Assembly: GCA_051362555.1 (NCBI GenBank)
Contig: CM120642.1
Location: 7,440,001-7,504,000 of the forward strand
Length of the DNA stretch: 64,000 nt
DNA from: Lingula anatina
Lineage: Eukaryota > Animalia > Brachiopoda
Reading direction: 5' to 3'
Shown: positions 61,378-64,000 of the stretch, one piece after another
Layout of the letters: each line of letters starts with the position of its first letter
Position numbering within the stretch: position 1 is the first letter of the stretch
Program-made: the position numbers and the translations under genes
Notes under the pieces: model-generated
The model's input: the letters and a program-made list of their open reading frames with translations, nothing else
What the model was told of the DNA's origin: nothing
Databases searched by the model: none

Positions 61378-64000
61378 GTAAATTTAATAATATTGTCAAT
61401 GAATATGATTATAAGGAATGATTTTTTTAGCCTTTCAGAGGAGGAATTGGGTGATACACCCCTTCAAGCACGAGTGAAGAGGTCAGGTATGTTAATAATT
61501 TTAGCAGTATAACATGGGCGGATCCAGGATTATTTGAAAGGAGGGGGGACGGGGGGGGGGGGGTCCGCGGATGCAAAGCCCCCCCCCCTAGTTGGCGTGG
61601 GGTTCTGGGCCTGCTTAAAACTTTGGTATTTTAGAGGGCGAACAGTGCCATTTGGTATGGTTTAGCACTATACTGTAGTAAATTAGCTAGTCAAAATTCT
61701 AATTCCAAGTGGGAAATATTAGTGTGATTTTTTTACATCAGTTCTTTGAAACCATGTGTGATTATGTTATTTCTTCTTGTGGCCTTTATGATTTAATGCA
61801 GCTACAGATATTGAAATTTAATTTTATTTTTTTTTTGCCATAATCAGACTTGCTTCTTTATTATAAGCTTGTTATCATGTAGTGATCATGCCCTCTAATT
61901 TGTTGATTTTTGTTAAAGAATAGTGCTGTTATGATAATATCAATACATTTTTTTCTTTATAACCATTTTATGTAATTTTACTATTACAGTGCCTCAAGTT
62001 ATATCTGGAAAACTCATACCAGGACGCACTTCAATCTTACAATACTGCATCACTTTAATGTCGGTGTGACAAGTTGTGGAAAAGACTGCTACAAAAAATT
62101 TGCAGCGATGACCACGATCCACCACCTTTTACCAAAACCGAGTGAACAGTTTTATATTATAATGCCCATGTACATGTATTTAAAGTGACAAGACTGAGAT
62201 CAGCGAGAGCCTCAAGGCCTTTATTTTCTGGGCATCGTCAACTCTTCAATAATTTTATAATTTTGTCAAATACATCCAAAGATTCAATTCTAATGCAATT
62301 CTTGAAAACTTTTTTAGAATATATTTCAATGTCGAACATGTTTTTCTAAGAACTAGCCCTTTAGTAAATTAACAACATGTACTATCCAACTGTTATTATT
62401 AATTAACATATTGTTATGTACAAAGCATAAGCTGCAGTATCAATGTAGCATTAACTGGGTAGAGATTATGAATGAAATAAAAGTTTAAATATTGAAACAT
62501 CTTCTATTTATATTTGGCAAAAATAGAAGAATAAACAAAGTTTGCTACATAAGTTTGGAATTTGGCCAAATCATCTTTATTATTACCTGTCACATGTAAT
62601 GAATAAGACATACACAGATTTTGGAAGCTAGAATGCATAATTATTTTCATACTTATTAATGCCATCTTCATAAATAAGCCTTCTACTCAAGCATTCACAA
62701 ACTTTCACATTGTGCAGTACACATTATAGTATGATTACATTTTTGAGAGAGACTTATTACTAGCCAGGCTATCATGTTAAGAGTCTGATGTACATGCAGA
62801 CCCATGAGGATTGCAGATCAACAAATTATCCCCCTCTCTGTCAGCGTATTGACTCATGTGAGCTGACACAAAAGTCTCCATGCAAAGGGATGTGTCATAA
62901 GAAAGGACCAACCCAACTTACACAAACATAAATTGTTTCATCGGTAAGATATTCACACATACTTTTCCAAGATGTGCAGGGAATAAATAGAAAGGTATAA
63001 ATATTTCTTTACAAAATACAGGCATGGCTTCCCTGCATGAATTCTAAATATTGGCTGAGTGGAGAATTGAATACAGGCACAAGTGTTCACTCAAACCATT
63101 TTTGTAGGTCTTAAAAGAAATGACATGCAGTCATTTGCCAAATACAGAATTTTATGCTGTAACAAAGTCACAAAACTGCAACTGGTGATCTTACAAAATC
63201 TAACAACACACTGGTTTAAAATAAGTAGAAATCACAATATGCCACCAGTACCATATTCCATAATACATTTGATGTCATTTAGATTTAAGAAGTAAATGCT
63301 GGACCAAAATGGTTTATTCTCAATATCAGGCATATGACTTAGGTTTGGGAGGAAAGACCACCTTGACTTCCAATCTGTCTGCATTATAGCATAAATTCCA
63401 GTGCTAGATGGTTTGAAGTCAACAGATTATGCTTTTGTCACAGTGGCAAGATGAGTTCACTGAATATATCCTGTAAGCAGCACTCGAAAGTCAGGAAAAG
63501 TCTCTCACTATCCAACTCGTCCCCGCTTTGGACCCTCAAGAAAAGTCCCTCTTTTTTTGGTGGAGAGCCATGGAGTTCCTCTTCCATGTAAAAAACTCTT
63601 CTTCAGGACATCATACTGGCAGTTGCTCATAACCTTAAGGTCTAAAAAAGCAAATCAAAATAATAATAATAATAATTTATTAAGATTGCAACCCAGTGGG
63701 TTGAAGTTGTACATAGTGTTAAGAAAATTATAATGAAAATAAAGTGAATATTTGCTTGAATAAAACTGAGTTAAAAGACTGCTAATTGAACTTTAAAATT
63801 ATTGTACTTAGGATAAAAGACAACATAATACTATTGGAAATTTAAAAGTGCATACGGAATAAAAGAGCATCAGAATCTGTCGATCTTAAATTGTGGCACT
63901 TTGTTACTATTGTTTGATCTTAAAAGACGATTGGATTGATCAATAAAGATGTGATTCAGTTTGTCAGAGGATTCAGTTATTTTGTAAAAGAAAGTTTTGC

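Overview
AT-rich eukaryotic DNA with GT-AG introns and no prokaryotic features. The repeat types and the gene family suggest a marine invertebrate, probably lophotrochozoan (inference). Bases 1-46 kb are almost entirely nested transposable elements whose insertion order can be rebuilt from target-site duplications (TSDs). Nest 1: a Ty3/Gypsy pol remnant is split by a 5-bp-TSD DNA transposon, which holds a full-length Vingi/Ingi-type LINE with an HDV-like ribozyme fold at its 5' end, which holds a MITE. Nest 2: a CR1/L2-type LINE with a 2A-like motif is cut by four DNA transposons, two of which carry further insertions. Further right are two inverted P/Galileo-like elements with an exchanged-TSD signature, a Helentron-like (HINE) repeat block, and CCC-ended elements that combine terminal arrays and interiors in different ways. 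The one host gene is on the minus strand (49471-55377): seven in-phase exons give about 1200 aa of a Roco-family protein (Roc GTPase-COR-disordered linker-C-terminal CARD-like domain, no kinase in these exons); its 5' exon(s) were not found with confidence. Upstream lies a Helitron-ended 146-bp satellite (22 units) whose units carry an AGGTCAnAGGTCA DR1 motif. Coordinates were counted by hand and family names come from motif recognition, not database searches.
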